This document shows, piece after piece, positions 12,901 through 24,277 of a stretch of DNA of 64,000 nt. How positions within the stretch are numbered: position 1 is the first letter of the stretch; the number at the start of each line of letters is the position of its first letter. The position numbers were made by a program, and so were the translations under genes. Under the pieces are notes generated by a model that saw only the letters and a list, made by a program, of their open reading frames with translations, searched no databases and had not been told where the DNA came from. The stretch is from Macrostomum hystrix (taxonomy: Eukaryota > Animalia > Platyhelminthes): positions 5,766,001-5,830,000 of the forward strand of contig CATNEN010000003.1 of assembly GCA_950097015.1 (NCBI GenBank). Reading direction: 5' to 3'.

Positions 12901-15900
12901 CCACACCTTAAAAACCCACACCCTAAAAACCCACACCCTAAAAACCCACACCCTAAAAACCCACACCCTTGAGACTCATACCCGATCATTTCAAGCAGAA
13001 CCTGGCCGAACCGCACTGCCAATGTGGCATGCTCCGTGCATTCGTTTGGAAATCCGACAGCGGCCGTGTACTCGTCTCCCTGGATTCGAACTCGGAACGC
13101 CTGGTGCTCCTGTTTGGAAGTTTTATTTGTTGGGCAATATTTTAAGGATATAATGCCTTTAGGCGATGAACAATAAAAAAAAGCGTAATTAAAAAAGTAA
13201 CAATTTCAGGAGGGTAGTGAGATATTAGAGAAGCGACACTTCAGGGAATTCAGTGAAACTTCAGGGAATTTAGTAAAACTTCAGGGAATTAGGTGAAACT
13301 TCAGGGAATTAGGTGAAACTTCAGGGAATTAGGTGAAACTTCAGGGAATTAAGTGAAACTTCAGGGGATTAAGTGAAACTTCAGGGAACTCAGTGAAACT
13401 TCAGGGAATTCAGTGAAACTTCAGGGAATTCAGTGAAACTTCAGGGAATTAAGAAAAACTTCAGGGAACTCAGTGAAACTTCAGGGAATTCAGTGAAACT
13501 TCAGGGAATTCAGTGAAACTTCAGGGAATTAAGAAAAACTTCAGGGAATTAAGTGAAACTTCAGGGAAATTCAGTGAAACTTCAGGGAATTCAGTGAAAC
13601 TTCAGGGAATTAAGAAAAACTTCATGTAATTAAGTGAAACTTCAGGGAATGAAGAAAAACTTCAGGGGAATTAAGTGAAACTTCAGGGGAATTCAGTCAA
13701 ACTTCAGGGGAATTAAGTGAAACTTCAGGGGAATTCAGTGAAACTTTAGGGGAATTCAGTGAAGCTTCAGGGAATAAAGTTAAACTTCATGTAATTAAGT
13801 GAAACTTCAGGGAATGAAGAAAAACTTCAGGGAATTAAGTGAAACTTCAGGGGAATTCAGTCAAACTTCTGGGGAATTCAGTCAAACTTCAGGGGAATTA
13901 AGTGAAACTTCAGGGGAATTCAGTGAAACTTTAGGGGAATTCAGTGAAGCTTCAGGGAATAAAGTTAAACTTCATGTAATTAAGTGAAACTTCAGGGAAT
14001 GAAGAAAAACTTCAGGGAATTAAGTGAAACTTCAGGGGAATTCAGTCAAACTTCTGGGGAATTCAGTGAAACTTCAGGGAATTAAGAAAAACTTCATGTA
14101 ATTAAGTGAAACTTCAGGGAATGAAGAAAAACTTCAGGGGAATTAAGTGAAACTTCAGGGGAATTCAGTCAAACTTCAGGGGAATTAAGTGAAACTTCAG
14201 GGGAATTCAGTGAAACTTTAGGGGAATTCAGTGAAGCTTCAGGGAATAAAGTTAAACTTCATGTAATTAAGTGAAACTTCAGGGAATGAAGAAAAACTTC
14301 AGGGAATTAAGTGAAACTTCAGGGGTATTCAGTCAAACTTCTGGGGAATTCAGTCAAACTTCAGGGGAATTAAGTGAAACTTCAGGGGAATTCAGTGAAA
14401 CTTTAGGGGAATTCAGTGAAGCTTCAGGTGAATTCAGTAAAACTTTAGGGAATTCAGTGAAGCTTCAGGGAATAAAGTTAAACTACAGGTAATTAAGTAA
14501 AACTTGAGGGTATTAACCGAAACATCAGGGTGTTAAGTTTTTGTTTAGTTTTATTAATATTTTAGTTTTTGACACTTTTAGGCCATAAAAATGTCATCTC
14601 TCCTGCACTTTTACCTTTTTCCTAAGTTTGTCCAACCATTTTTAATAGTTTTTTTCATCCATTATGACAGTATTTTTCAGCTCCATGCCTTTCTGTCACT
14701 CACTGTACCCTCAAGCCAGAGGCAGCTGTGTTTTCTGCGAGAAAATGTTGTCAGGCAGTCACACTCCTGTACCGAATCAGCCCGCACGGCATTGCCGCAT
14801 GTGAAAGCTATAATGCGTGTCTGACTCATCACTGTGCAAAGCACTTTTCTATTTTCTTGTCTTTCTTCATTTTGTCTTTTTCTAGGATCACTGGCTAAGC
14901 TAAGATTGACCCTTTGCAAACACACTGCAGAGACTCGAGCTTACTCAAGTAAGCTCGGGTAAAGTGTGAATTCAGTAGCCTTGTTTCAGTAGGATTGTGT
15001 CAGTAGGATTATGTCAGTAGAATTGTGTCTGTAGGATTATGTCAGTAGGATTGTGTCAGTAGGATTATGTCAGTAGGATTGTGTCAGTAGGATTGTGTCA
15101 GTAGGATTATGTCAGTAGAATTGTGTCAGTAGGCTTGTGTCAGTAGGATTGTGTCAGTAGGATTATGTCATTAGGATTGTGTCATTAGGATTATGTCGTT
15201 AGGATTGTGTCAGTAGGATTGTGTCAGTAGGATTGTGTCAGTAGGATTGTGTCAGTAGGATTGTGTCAGTAGGATTGTGTCAGTAGGATTATGTCATTAG
15301 GATTGTGTCATTAGGATTATGTCGTTAGGATTGTGTCAGTAGGATTGTGTCAGTAGGATTGTGTCAGTAGGATTGTGTCATTAGGATTGTGTCATTAGGA
15401 TTGTGTCAGTAGGATTGTGTCAGTAGGATTGTGTCATTAGGATTGTGTCATTAGGATTATGTCGTTAGGATTGTGTCAGTAGAATTGTGTCAGTATGATT
15501 ATGTCAGTAGGATTGTGTCAGTAGGATTGTGTCAGTAGGATTATGTCAGTAGGATTGCCAGTAGGATTGTGTCATTAGGATTGTGTCATTAGGATTGTGT
15601 CAGTAGAATTGTGTCAGTAGGATTGTGTCATTAGGATTGTGTCAGTAGGATTGTGTCAGTAGGATTGTGTCATTAGGATTGTGTCATTAGGATTATGTCG
15701 TTAGGATTGTGTCAGTAGAATTGTGTCAGTATGATTATGTCAGTAGGATTGTGTCAGTAGGATTGTGTCAGTAGGATTATGTCAGTAGGATTGCCAGTAG
15801 GATTGTGTCATTAGGATTGTGTCAGTAGGATTGTGTCAGTAGGATTGTGTCAGTAGGATTGTGTCATTAGGATTGTGTCATTAGGATTATGTCGTTAGGA

Positions 15901-18900
15901 TTGTGTCAGTAGAATTGTGTCAGTATGATTATGTCAGTAGGATTGTGTCAGTAGGATTGTGTCAGTAGGATTATGTCAGTAGGATTGCCAGTAGGATTGT
16001 GTCATTAGGATTGTGTCAGTAGGATTGTGTCAGTAGAATTGTGTCAGTAGGATTGTGTCATTAGGATTGTGTCATTAGGATTATGTCGTTAGGATTGTGT
16101 CAGTAGGATTGTGTCATTAGGATTGTGTCATTAGGATTATGTCGTTAGGATTGTGTCAGTAGAATTGTGTCATTAAGATTGTGTCATTAGGATTGTGTCA
16201 GTAGGATTGTGTCAGTATGATTTTGTCAGTAGGATTGTGTCAGTATGATTGTGTCAGTAGGATTGTGTCTGTAGGATTATGTCAGTAGGATTGTGTCTGT
16301 AGGATTATGTCAGTAGGATTGTGTCAGTAGGATTGTGTCATTAGGATTGTGTCAGTAGGATTATGTCATTAGGATTGTGTCATTAGGATTATGTCGTTAG
16401 GATTGTGTCAGTAGGATTGTGTCAGTAGGCTTGTGTCAGTAGGATTGTGTCATTTGGATTGTGTCAGTAGGCTTGTGTCAGTAGGATTGTGTCATTTGGA
16501 TTGTGTCAGTAGGCTTGTGTCAGTAGGATTGTGTCATTTGGATTGTCAGTAGGATTGTGTCAGTAGGTTGTGTCAGTAGGATTAGAAGTACTTATTCTAA
16601 ATAGCGATAAATCATTTCCAAGAGTCGATAAAGACTCAATGAAAATCACCAGTCCACTTCCCAATAACCATCTACTATAGTTATTGATTTCTCTCTGTCC
16701 GTGAGTCGTTCTATCTCGCCATCTCAATCACTCGGAGTCATCCCCGTGTCAGTCAGTGTGACTAAAGGCCTTCACTCACATATGCCAGCTGGTCCAGGCG
16801 GCAGAAGATCTGGTTCATCAGCTTCACGGCGTCCGAAGCAGGGAAAGCAGGCGGAAACTGGGTGAGACCGCTGACACTTGCACACATTATGCTGCGGAAT
16901 GGACGGGTTGTGAGGTTCAAGTGCCTGTCTATGGGTCCTGTCTGTTTTTTGGTGTCTGTCTGTCTTTAGTACCTGTCTGTCTGTCTTTAGTACCTGTCTG
17001 TCTGTCTTTAGTACCTGTCTGCCTGTCTTTAGTACCTGTCTGTCTGTCTTTAGTACCTGTCTGTCTGTCTTTAGTACCTGTCTGTCTGTCTTTAGGTACC
17101 TGTCTGCCTGTCTTTAGTACCTGTCTGTCTGTCTTTAGTACCTGTCTGTCTGTCTTTAGTACATGTCTGTCTGTCTTTAGGTACCTGTCTGCCTGTCTTT
17201 AGGTGTCTGTCTTTAGTACCTGTCTGTCTGTCTTCAGGTGTCTCTCTACCTTGAGGTGCCAGTCTGTCTGTCTTTAGGTACCTGTCTGTCTGTCTTTAGG
17301 TACCTGTCTGCCTGTCTTTAGTACCTGTCTGTCTGTCTTTAGTACCTGTCTGTCTGTCTTTAGTACCTGTCTGTCTGTTTTTAGGTACCTGTCTGCCTGT
17401 CTTTAGGTGTCTGTCTTTAGTACCTGTCTGTCTGTCTTTAGGTACCTGTCTGCCTGTCTTTAGGTGTCTGTCTTTAGTACCTGTCTGTCTGTCTTCAGGT
17501 GTCTCTCTACCTTGAGGTGCCAGTCTGTCTGTCTTTAGGTACCTGTCTACTTGTCTTTAGGTGTCTGTCTGTCTTTCTTCAGCTGATTGTCTGCCTGTCT
17601 TTCGTATGTCTGTCTTTATTCACCTGTCTGTCTGTCTTTAGGTGCCTGTCAGTATTTACATGTGTCTGTCTGTCTTTAACTGTCAGTCCGTTCTTGGAAA
17701 CCTGCCTAGAGGTGCCTGTCTGTCCTTGAATAACTGTTCTAATTTTAGTGAGTAGTTGGTAATCTACCTAGCGGTGCTAGCGGCATTTACCTCATGTAGG
17801 GCGTCTGGTTGACCTGGGCAACCTTCCAGCCAAAGTTGCCATGGAGACAGTCTGTTCTCATTTCGGCCGTGAACTCGGCTGGCACTACGGCTTGGACTAG
17901 CCGGTCCTGCGTAAGAAGACAAGTTCGTTTGACATTTGGTTGCTAGGGCAAATCGCGCAATAAGAGATAAGGAACACAAAATACTCTAACAAAAGGGATT
18001 AAAATATATAACTAGATAGTAAAAAATATAGAACAAATATAAAGCTAGAATCCCATTGCATAAAACTAGAATCCCATTGTATAAAACTAGAATCCCATTG
18101 TATAAAACTAGAATCCCATTGCATAAAACTAGAATCCCATTGTATAAAACTAGAATCCCAATGTATAAAACTAGAATCCCATTGTATAAAACTAGAATCC
18201 CATAGATTAATACTAGAATCCCATTGTATAAAACTAGAATCCCATTGTATAAAACTAGAATCCCATTGTATAAAGCTAGAATCCCATTGTATAAAGCTAG
18301 AATCCCATTGTATAAAACTAGAATCCCATTGTATAAAACTAGAATCCCATGGTATAAAACTAGAATCCCATTGCATAAAACTAGAATCCCATTGTATAAA
18401 ACTAGAATCCCATTGTATAAAACTAGAATCCCATTGTATAAAACTAGAATCCCATGGTATAAAACTAGAATCCCATTGTATAAAACTAGAATCCCATTGT
18501 ATAAAACTAGAATCCCATTGTATAAAACTAGAATCCCATTGTATAAAACTAGAATCCCATGGTATAAAACTAGAATCCCATTGTATAAAACTAGAATCCC
18601 ATTGTATAAAACTAGAATCCCATTGTATAAAACTAGAATCCCATTGTATAAAACTAGAATCCCATTGTATAAAACTAGAATCCCATTTTATATAACTAGA
18701 ATCCCATATAATAAAACTGGAATCCCACAGTATGAAAATAGAATCCCATGGTATAAAACTAGAATCCGTAATATATAAAAATAAACACTAGGATTTTAGC
18801 AAACGATAGGAAAATCTAAAAAAACTATGAATTCCAAAATCTCACTAGAAATCCCTTAGTTAAAAAACTAGCAGTGATGTTTTATAGTCATGCAAACTTT

Positions 18901-21900
18901 AGAATCCAAATAATGTGTTCAGAGTAATTTATCGGGAGAAATACAATAAATTAATTTTCCCAAAGAAGTCAGCTGAGAAACACGCCCTGTTCTGATCCCA
19001 CATTCTAAATCCTAAATCCCATATTTGCAATATCAGATAGCAAAGGCCTTTCCCACTAATCCTAAATCACAATTGCAGACAGATAATTCTGGTACTTTTG
19101 TCAATCCACACCGCCCAGTTGCTCAGACACTTTCCCCTTCGATGGCTCTCAGGCGGGGTATAAATCACGACCAGTTACTTTCTCTAAGCTCAAGAGTTCT
19201 TTCGTGCTACACTCCACGTGTTTTAGAGTTATCAGCGGGCACCAGTAAATCCCAACTTTCCTCTAACCCCAAATCCCTGTTCCCTTCAGCAATGCGATTG
19301 GGCTGGTTGGCCCTTGGGAAATTTTTTATCCGAAAAAATCCCACCTATCGCTCTCTCTTTCGCTGAGATTTGATTAGTGGAAGAACGAGAAAATGTACTT
19401 TAAGAACTTTGGCCTTCGAACTCTTCGAAAATTTCATTTTTTCTTTCTATCTACGAGTAGCTGACAGCCTGTCATGATACAAAAGTACATCTATCTGGTG
19501 CGTCATCAGTAACAAAGTATCGACTCAAATCAGTTGGGTTCTCGAGAACCAATCAGTATCCAAGTATTCGTGATTTCGCTAATTGGATTTATAGATTTCT
19601 ACTGCTGATTTCATCTAATTTTCATAGACATAACATGGGGCCACGCGTACCTGCGAGTAATTAAATACATTGATTCTACATTAGCAAAGCCATACGAAAT
19701 TAAAGTCACAGATAAGAATACCAAAAACGAAACCGCAGATTTAAATCCCAAACTTAAATCCCAGGTTGGAATCCCACATTGAAATCCCACAATGAAATCC
19801 CATATCGAAATCCCATAATAAAATCCCAGATTTAAATCCCAGATTGAAATTCCAGATTGAAATTCTAGATTGAAATTTCAGATTGAATTCCCAGATTGAA
19901 ATCCCAGATTGAAATCCTAGATTGGAATCCCAGTTTGAACTCACACAATTAAATCCCAGATTAAAATCCCAGATTGAAATCCCAGATTGAAATCCCAGAT
20001 TGAAATCCCAGATTGAAATCCCAGTTTGAAATCCCAGATTGAAATCCCAGATTGAAATCCCAGATTGAAATCCCAGATTGAAATCCCAGATTGAAATCCC
20101 AGATTGAAATCCCAGATTGAAATCCTAGATTTAAATCCCAGATTGAAATCCCAGATTGAAATCCCAGATTGAAATCCCAGATTGAAATCCCAGATTGAAA
20201 TCCTAGATTTAAATCCCAGATTGAAATCCCAGATTGAAATCCCAGATTGAAATCCCAGATTGAAATCCCAGATTGAAATCCTAGATTTAAATCCCAGATT
20301 GAAATCTCAGATTGAAATCCTAGATTTAAATCCCAGATTGAAATCTCAGATTGAAATCCCAGATTGAAATCCTAGATTGGAATCCCAGTTTGAACTCACA
20401 CAATTAAATCCCAGATTGAAATCCCAGATTGAAATCCCAGATTGAAATCCCAGATTGAAATCCCAGTTTGAAATCCCAGATTGAAATCCCAGATTGAAAT
20501 CCCAGATTGAAATCCCAGTTTGAAATTCCAGTTTGAAATTCCAGATTGAAATTCCAGATTGAAATCCCAGATTGAAATCCCAGATTGAAATCCCAGATTG
20601 AAATCCCAGATTGAAATCCTAGATTTAAATCCCAGATTGGAATCCCAGATTGGAATCCCAGATTGAAATCCCAGATTGAAATCCCAGATTGAAATCCCAG
20701 TTTGAAATCCCAGATTGAAATCCCAGTTTGAAATCCCAGATTGAAATCCCAGATTGATATCCCAGTTTGAACTCACACAATTAAATCCCAGATTGGAATC
20801 CCAGATTGAAATCCTAGATTTAAATCCCAGATTGGAATCCCAGATTGAAATCCCAGTTTGAAATCCCAGATTGAAATCCCAGTTTGAAATCCCAGATTGG
20901 AATCCCAGATTGAAATCCCAGTTGGAAATCCCAGATTGAAATCCCAGTAGCTGCTCACCAGTTTATAGGACTCATCCTCCAGCTGCAGCTGGTTGACGAT
21001 GCAGGCCTTAGTCTCCTGGAAGCCGCGGCGCAGCAGGCTGTCACGAAATCGCTGGAGCACACCGCCAGCTAGGTTGGCACACAGCAACACGAGCGAGCTG
21101 GCGACCAACTGCGGGTAGTGATTTCCCATCGATAATTTCCCTTGACATCATCGACATTAGAACTCCTGACATCATCGACATTAGAACTCCTGACATCATC
21201 GACATTAGAACTCCTGACATCATCGACATTAGAACTCATTATATCATCGACATGAGAACTCATAATATTATTCACATGAGAACTCATGACATCATCGACA
21301 TGAGAACTCATGATATAATCGACATGAGAACTCAGCAATGTGAACTCATCTAACAGAAGGTCATAACGAAATTTCATGAGGTCATCGATAATAAGATTCG
21401 AGTTCATATTTCAAATACACTGTAAATATTTATGACGTAGAATTCTGAATTCTAGCAGATAATAATCCCTTGCAGAACTATTACCCCAGAATTATATTGG
21501 TATCCTCTGGTCCGTATTCAGACAGTCCTGTAACCCAAATCAATTATTCATGAGCACACGAGAGCAGACAAAATGACTTAATTATTCCATATTTTACATA
21601 GGAAAATTATTTCATAATTTTATAATGCACATTAATTCCTGCTGAAGACTATTGGCTCTCTTTTTGAGAGCATAAAAAATTCATTTGAGCACTTTGAGAC
21701 CTGTAGTAATCCATCAATCCATGCGATGTGGATTTCCACTTGTGGTACGACGGGGGGGAAATAGATTTGATCAATTATGTCACTCTAGAACAGCGGTTAG
21801 CAAACTCCGGTACGTGGGCCAGATGCGGCCCTCGAAGCTCCCAAATCCGGCCCGTTGCCCCTTCCGACACCAATAGTATCCTGTTTCATCTTTCCTCGGT

Positions 21901-24277
21901 CTCATCTCTCCCGTGTCTCATCTCTCCCGTGTCTCATCTCTCCCGTGTCTCATCTCTCCCGAGTCTCATCTCTCTCGTGTCTCATCTCTCCCGTGTCTCA
22001 TCTCTCCCGTGTCTCATCTCTCCCGTGTCTCATCTCTCCCGAGTCTCATCTCTCCCGTGTCTCATCTCTCCCGTGTCTCATCTCTCCTGTGTCTCATCTC
22101 TCCCGTGTCTCATCTCTCCCGAGTCTCATCTCTCCCGTGCCTCATCTCTCCCGTGTCTCATCTCTCCTGTGTCTCATCTCTCCCGTGTCTCATCTCTCCC
22201 GAGTCTCATCTCTCCCGTGCCTCATCTCTCCCGTATCTCAACTCTCCCGTGTCTCATCTCTCCCGAGTCTCATCTCTCCCGAGTCTCATCTCTCCCGAGT
22301 CTCATCTCTCCCGTATCTCATCTCTCCCGTGTCTCATCTCTCCCGTGTCTCATCTCTCTACTATTTCATATTCCTACAGTCAATGCGGCCCGCTGTCGTC
22401 TTTAAGGCTCTCTCTTTGGCCCGCTAGCTAATAAGTTTGCCGACCCCTGCTCTAGAATAAAGAACTCAGCTTTTAGCTTGAAAAGGACTGAAGGACTGTG
22501 AGGTTTTCAGCTGGACACACTCTAAAGGAGCCATTTTTGGCCAAGGCACCTAGAAATAATTCATAGAGGGCTAAATTGACAATTCGATTTATTGAACACT
22601 TGGTCTGTCTGGCTTTCTAACTAAATTATTATAATACTCGCAATGGTTCTTGTTGCTAAACAGTTTCCGGCTGTTGCACTTTTAACTTTGCTTGACGACA
22701 GCCGAGTAAAATATTATGAGTTTTCTGATGGGATAACAGAGGTCAACTCATAGTGGGGAAAACAGGAAGTTTCGGTTCCGAGGTCACATGGCCCGATAAG
22801 GTCAATTTGGTATCCGAAAATTAATATCCTGCAGTACAACTATGCGAGTTCCGGTTCTGCTTGAACAAACTCGTCGGTTTTTTTGCTACGATTCGTAGCC
22901 GAAAATCGATTCTTCTGAGCACCAGTTGTTGGACATTCAAAGGCCAACTTGTACAGTTTCCATGCGCAGATGTATTTAACATACATAGCTGACTCCCTAA
23001 TACCCCTGAGTGGGGTTTCATTCCTAAATGCCAAGCATACAAACTTGGGTTATGATGCACGAGGTTTTAAAATGTCTGGTTCAAGCTTCGCCGTTCATCG
23101 CAGGTCGGAGAAAAATGAGACACATCTGCGCAATTGTCCATTTTCAGTAGTTTCAGTAAGACAGAAATAGCTGTTTAGTAAACTGGAAAATTTCTAGATT
23201 TAGAAAAATGGAAGGCTAGTGCTTAACAATCTAAAACTAAATTGGGTTATTGTAAGGGCCAATCAAACTGCTTATTGGAGTATGGCACTAAAGGCTTCTA
23301 AATATCACCAATGTACTTTCTAACGTCACATGAGAACTGTGAGTTCTCATTGTACTTTAGTTTCTCACCGAAGTCCAATAGCTGTCGGCGATGTGCTTGT
23401 ACGGTCCGTCAGCCGAGACTCCGTGTCGGCCCAGCTGCTGCCTTGTCAGAACAGCCGCACACACCAGGTAGCTCATGCTGAGCACGGCTCCAAACAGGCA
23501 GGTGGCAACCAGCTGGCCAGGTAGTAGGCAGTAAACTGAGAACACAGCGAATGCAATCTGCCACAGACCGTCAGCCATGGTGAACAGCTGCTGGGAGGTC
23601 CGATCGCCGACCCAGTTGACAGGGAAGGCAGTGGCAGCGAACAGGCTGACAATGAGCAGCACCAGTGCGCAGGCGGTCGCTGTGTGCTCCGACCGCATCA
23701 GTCGGCTGTGAAGGAAGACCGCAGCAAACAGGAACGCAGAAGCGGAAGCGACATACACGGCTGCCTTGTAGGAGAATCTCTGACCGAACGCGTAGTCTAT
23801 CGACGTCAGCGCCAGGAGCAGGCAGACGTAGGTGAGCAGGAAGCGACTCAGCATCGCCCGCTCTAGCCGGAACGCGTACTTTCTAAAAAGCCGTTCAATG
23901 CTCTGATCGGCAAAGGTGTGACTGTCGCAGAGGCTAGATAGGCGCGTTATGAAGCGTCGCCAGCTAGAACGAATGCCGCGTCGACCGCCACCACCAGCGT
24001 CCGATAGTGTCGACGAGGCGGCGTCTGCGTACGACGCCAGGTCCGTGTTCAACTCGGCGAAGAAGCGAGGCGCCAGCAGCTTGCGGTCTGAGCGATCGCT
24101 TTGCGGCTGCTGCTGCTGTTCAGTGTCAGTCAGAGTCTGATGGTTGCTGCCGATGCTGATCGAGTGGGCAGTCGCTGGTTGAGTGCCATTGCCGTGGTTG
24201 TTGCTGTTGCTGTTATTGTAGGGTGCCCCGCCTAGCAGGCTGTGGTAACCATTGCTGTGTGACTGCATTGAGCTCAT
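3965..24277 (-). CDS. Transmembrane class III adenylyl cyclase homologue (AC5/6-like architecture, probably catalytically degenerate). Exons traced: 24277-23369, 21108-20959, 17906-17791, 16891-16780, 13109-12982, 12277-12119, 12007-11857, 11276-11124, 10256-10213, 10140-9921, 9817-9720, 9647-9563, 9474-9379, ~9308-8877 (possibly split), ~8792-8660, 7681-5479, 5403-3965
   Basis: N-terminal 'FADQSIERLFRKYAFRL' plus first TM cluster. 'RRGFQETKACI' and 'DRLVQAVVP'. C1a: 'SIMCASVSG...LMNQIFCRLDQLA', 'RIQGDEY', 'RVGINSG...YDVMGEQV'. Second TM cluster, then 'LLNNLLPQHVALHF'. C2a: 'DLYAQEY...RVLNDVICELDELL...VKVRTVGENY...MRVGIDLGP...FDVWG'. Most junctions have GT-AG in consistent phase. Confidence 0.9.
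10340..10488 (-). mobile_element. Partial copy (3' part) of the SINE at 11370-11597
   Basis: Shares 'GTGCAGCCGACAGCACA...GCCGCA...GGCGCA', 'GGGGGACG' and 'CATTTAxCAGC' with 11373-11507. Abuts a minisatellite. Confidence 0.6.
10488..11058. repeat. ~20-22-bp minisatellite (CTAGACTACAACCCCTTTC)n, intronic
   Basis: Visible tandem array. Confidence 0.95.
11370..11597 (-). mobile_element. tRNA-derived CORE-like SINE
   Basis: The minus strand reads a degenerate tRNA head (AGCCTAGTGAGCGTCGGAACTTCAAATCGAAGGTTGGGG). This is followed by GCAAGACACTTAACTCTGCGTTGCTTCAGTTCACCCAGCTGTTAAATGGGTACC, which resembles the CORE domain (GGCAAGTCACTTAACCTCTCTGAGCCTCAGTTTCCTCATCTGTAAAATGGG). A second partial copy lies at 10340. 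Confidence 0.65.
11624..11851. repeat. Degenerate ~21-bp tandem repeat (ATATGGTTGCTATGCAGATAC-like)
   Basis: Recurrent TGGTTGCTATGC motif. Confidence 0.75.
12335..12536. repeat. Degenerate ~25-bp tandem repeat (GTTTCGTGGAATCTGCCTAAAGTCA)
   Basis: About 6-7 copies of GGAATCTGCC. Confidence 0.75.
12670..12968. repeat. 15-bp minisatellite (CCTAAAAACCCACAC)n
   Basis: Visible tandem array that starts right after a splice donor. Confidence 0.97.
13238..14530. repeat. 20/21-bp minisatellite (AAACTTCAGGGAATTCAGTG)n with higher-order duplication
   Basis: Visible tandem array. Variant blocks (e.g. GAAGCTTCAGGGAATAAAGTTAAACTTCATGTAAT) recur. Confidence 0.97.
14986..16585. repeat. 14-bp minisatellite (GTCAGTAGGATTGT)n
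   Basis: Visible tandem array of ~1.6 kb. Confidence 0.97.
16921..17725. repeat. ~21-bp minisatellite (TAGTACCTGTCTGTCTGTCTT)n
   Basis: Visible tandem array, degenerate at the 3' side. Confidence 0.95.
18038..18768. repeat. 21-bp minisatellite (TATAAAACTAGAATCCCATTG)n
   Basis: Visible tandem array. Confidence 0.97.
19740..20948. repeat. 13-bp minisatellite (GAAATCCCAGATT)n
   Basis: Visible tandem array with three recurring 'GAACTCACACAATTAAATCC' interruptions. Confidence 0.97.
21143..21335. repeat. 24-bp minisatellite (TGACATCATCGACATTAGAACTCC)n
   Basis: About 8 copies. Confidence 0.9.
21791..22449. mobile_element. Non-autonomous hAT (Buster/Charlie-type) MITE with internal 16-bp minisatellite
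   Basis: TIRs CAGCGGTTAGCAAACT (21791) and AGTTTGCCGACCCCTG (to 22449). Perfect 8-bp TSD CTCTAGAA at 21783-21790 and 22450-22457. Subterminal GCGGCCC motifs. Confidence 0.9.
21899..22358. repeat. 16-bp minisatellite (GTCTCATCTCTCCCGT)n inside the hAT MITE
   Basis: Visible tandem array. Confidence 0.97.

Noticed and set aside
12670-22431. Repetitive ORFs (WVFRV, WDSSFIQ, WDFNLGFQSGISI, SHLSRVSSLPCLISP etc.)
   Set aside because: Stop-free minisatellite translations inside introns.
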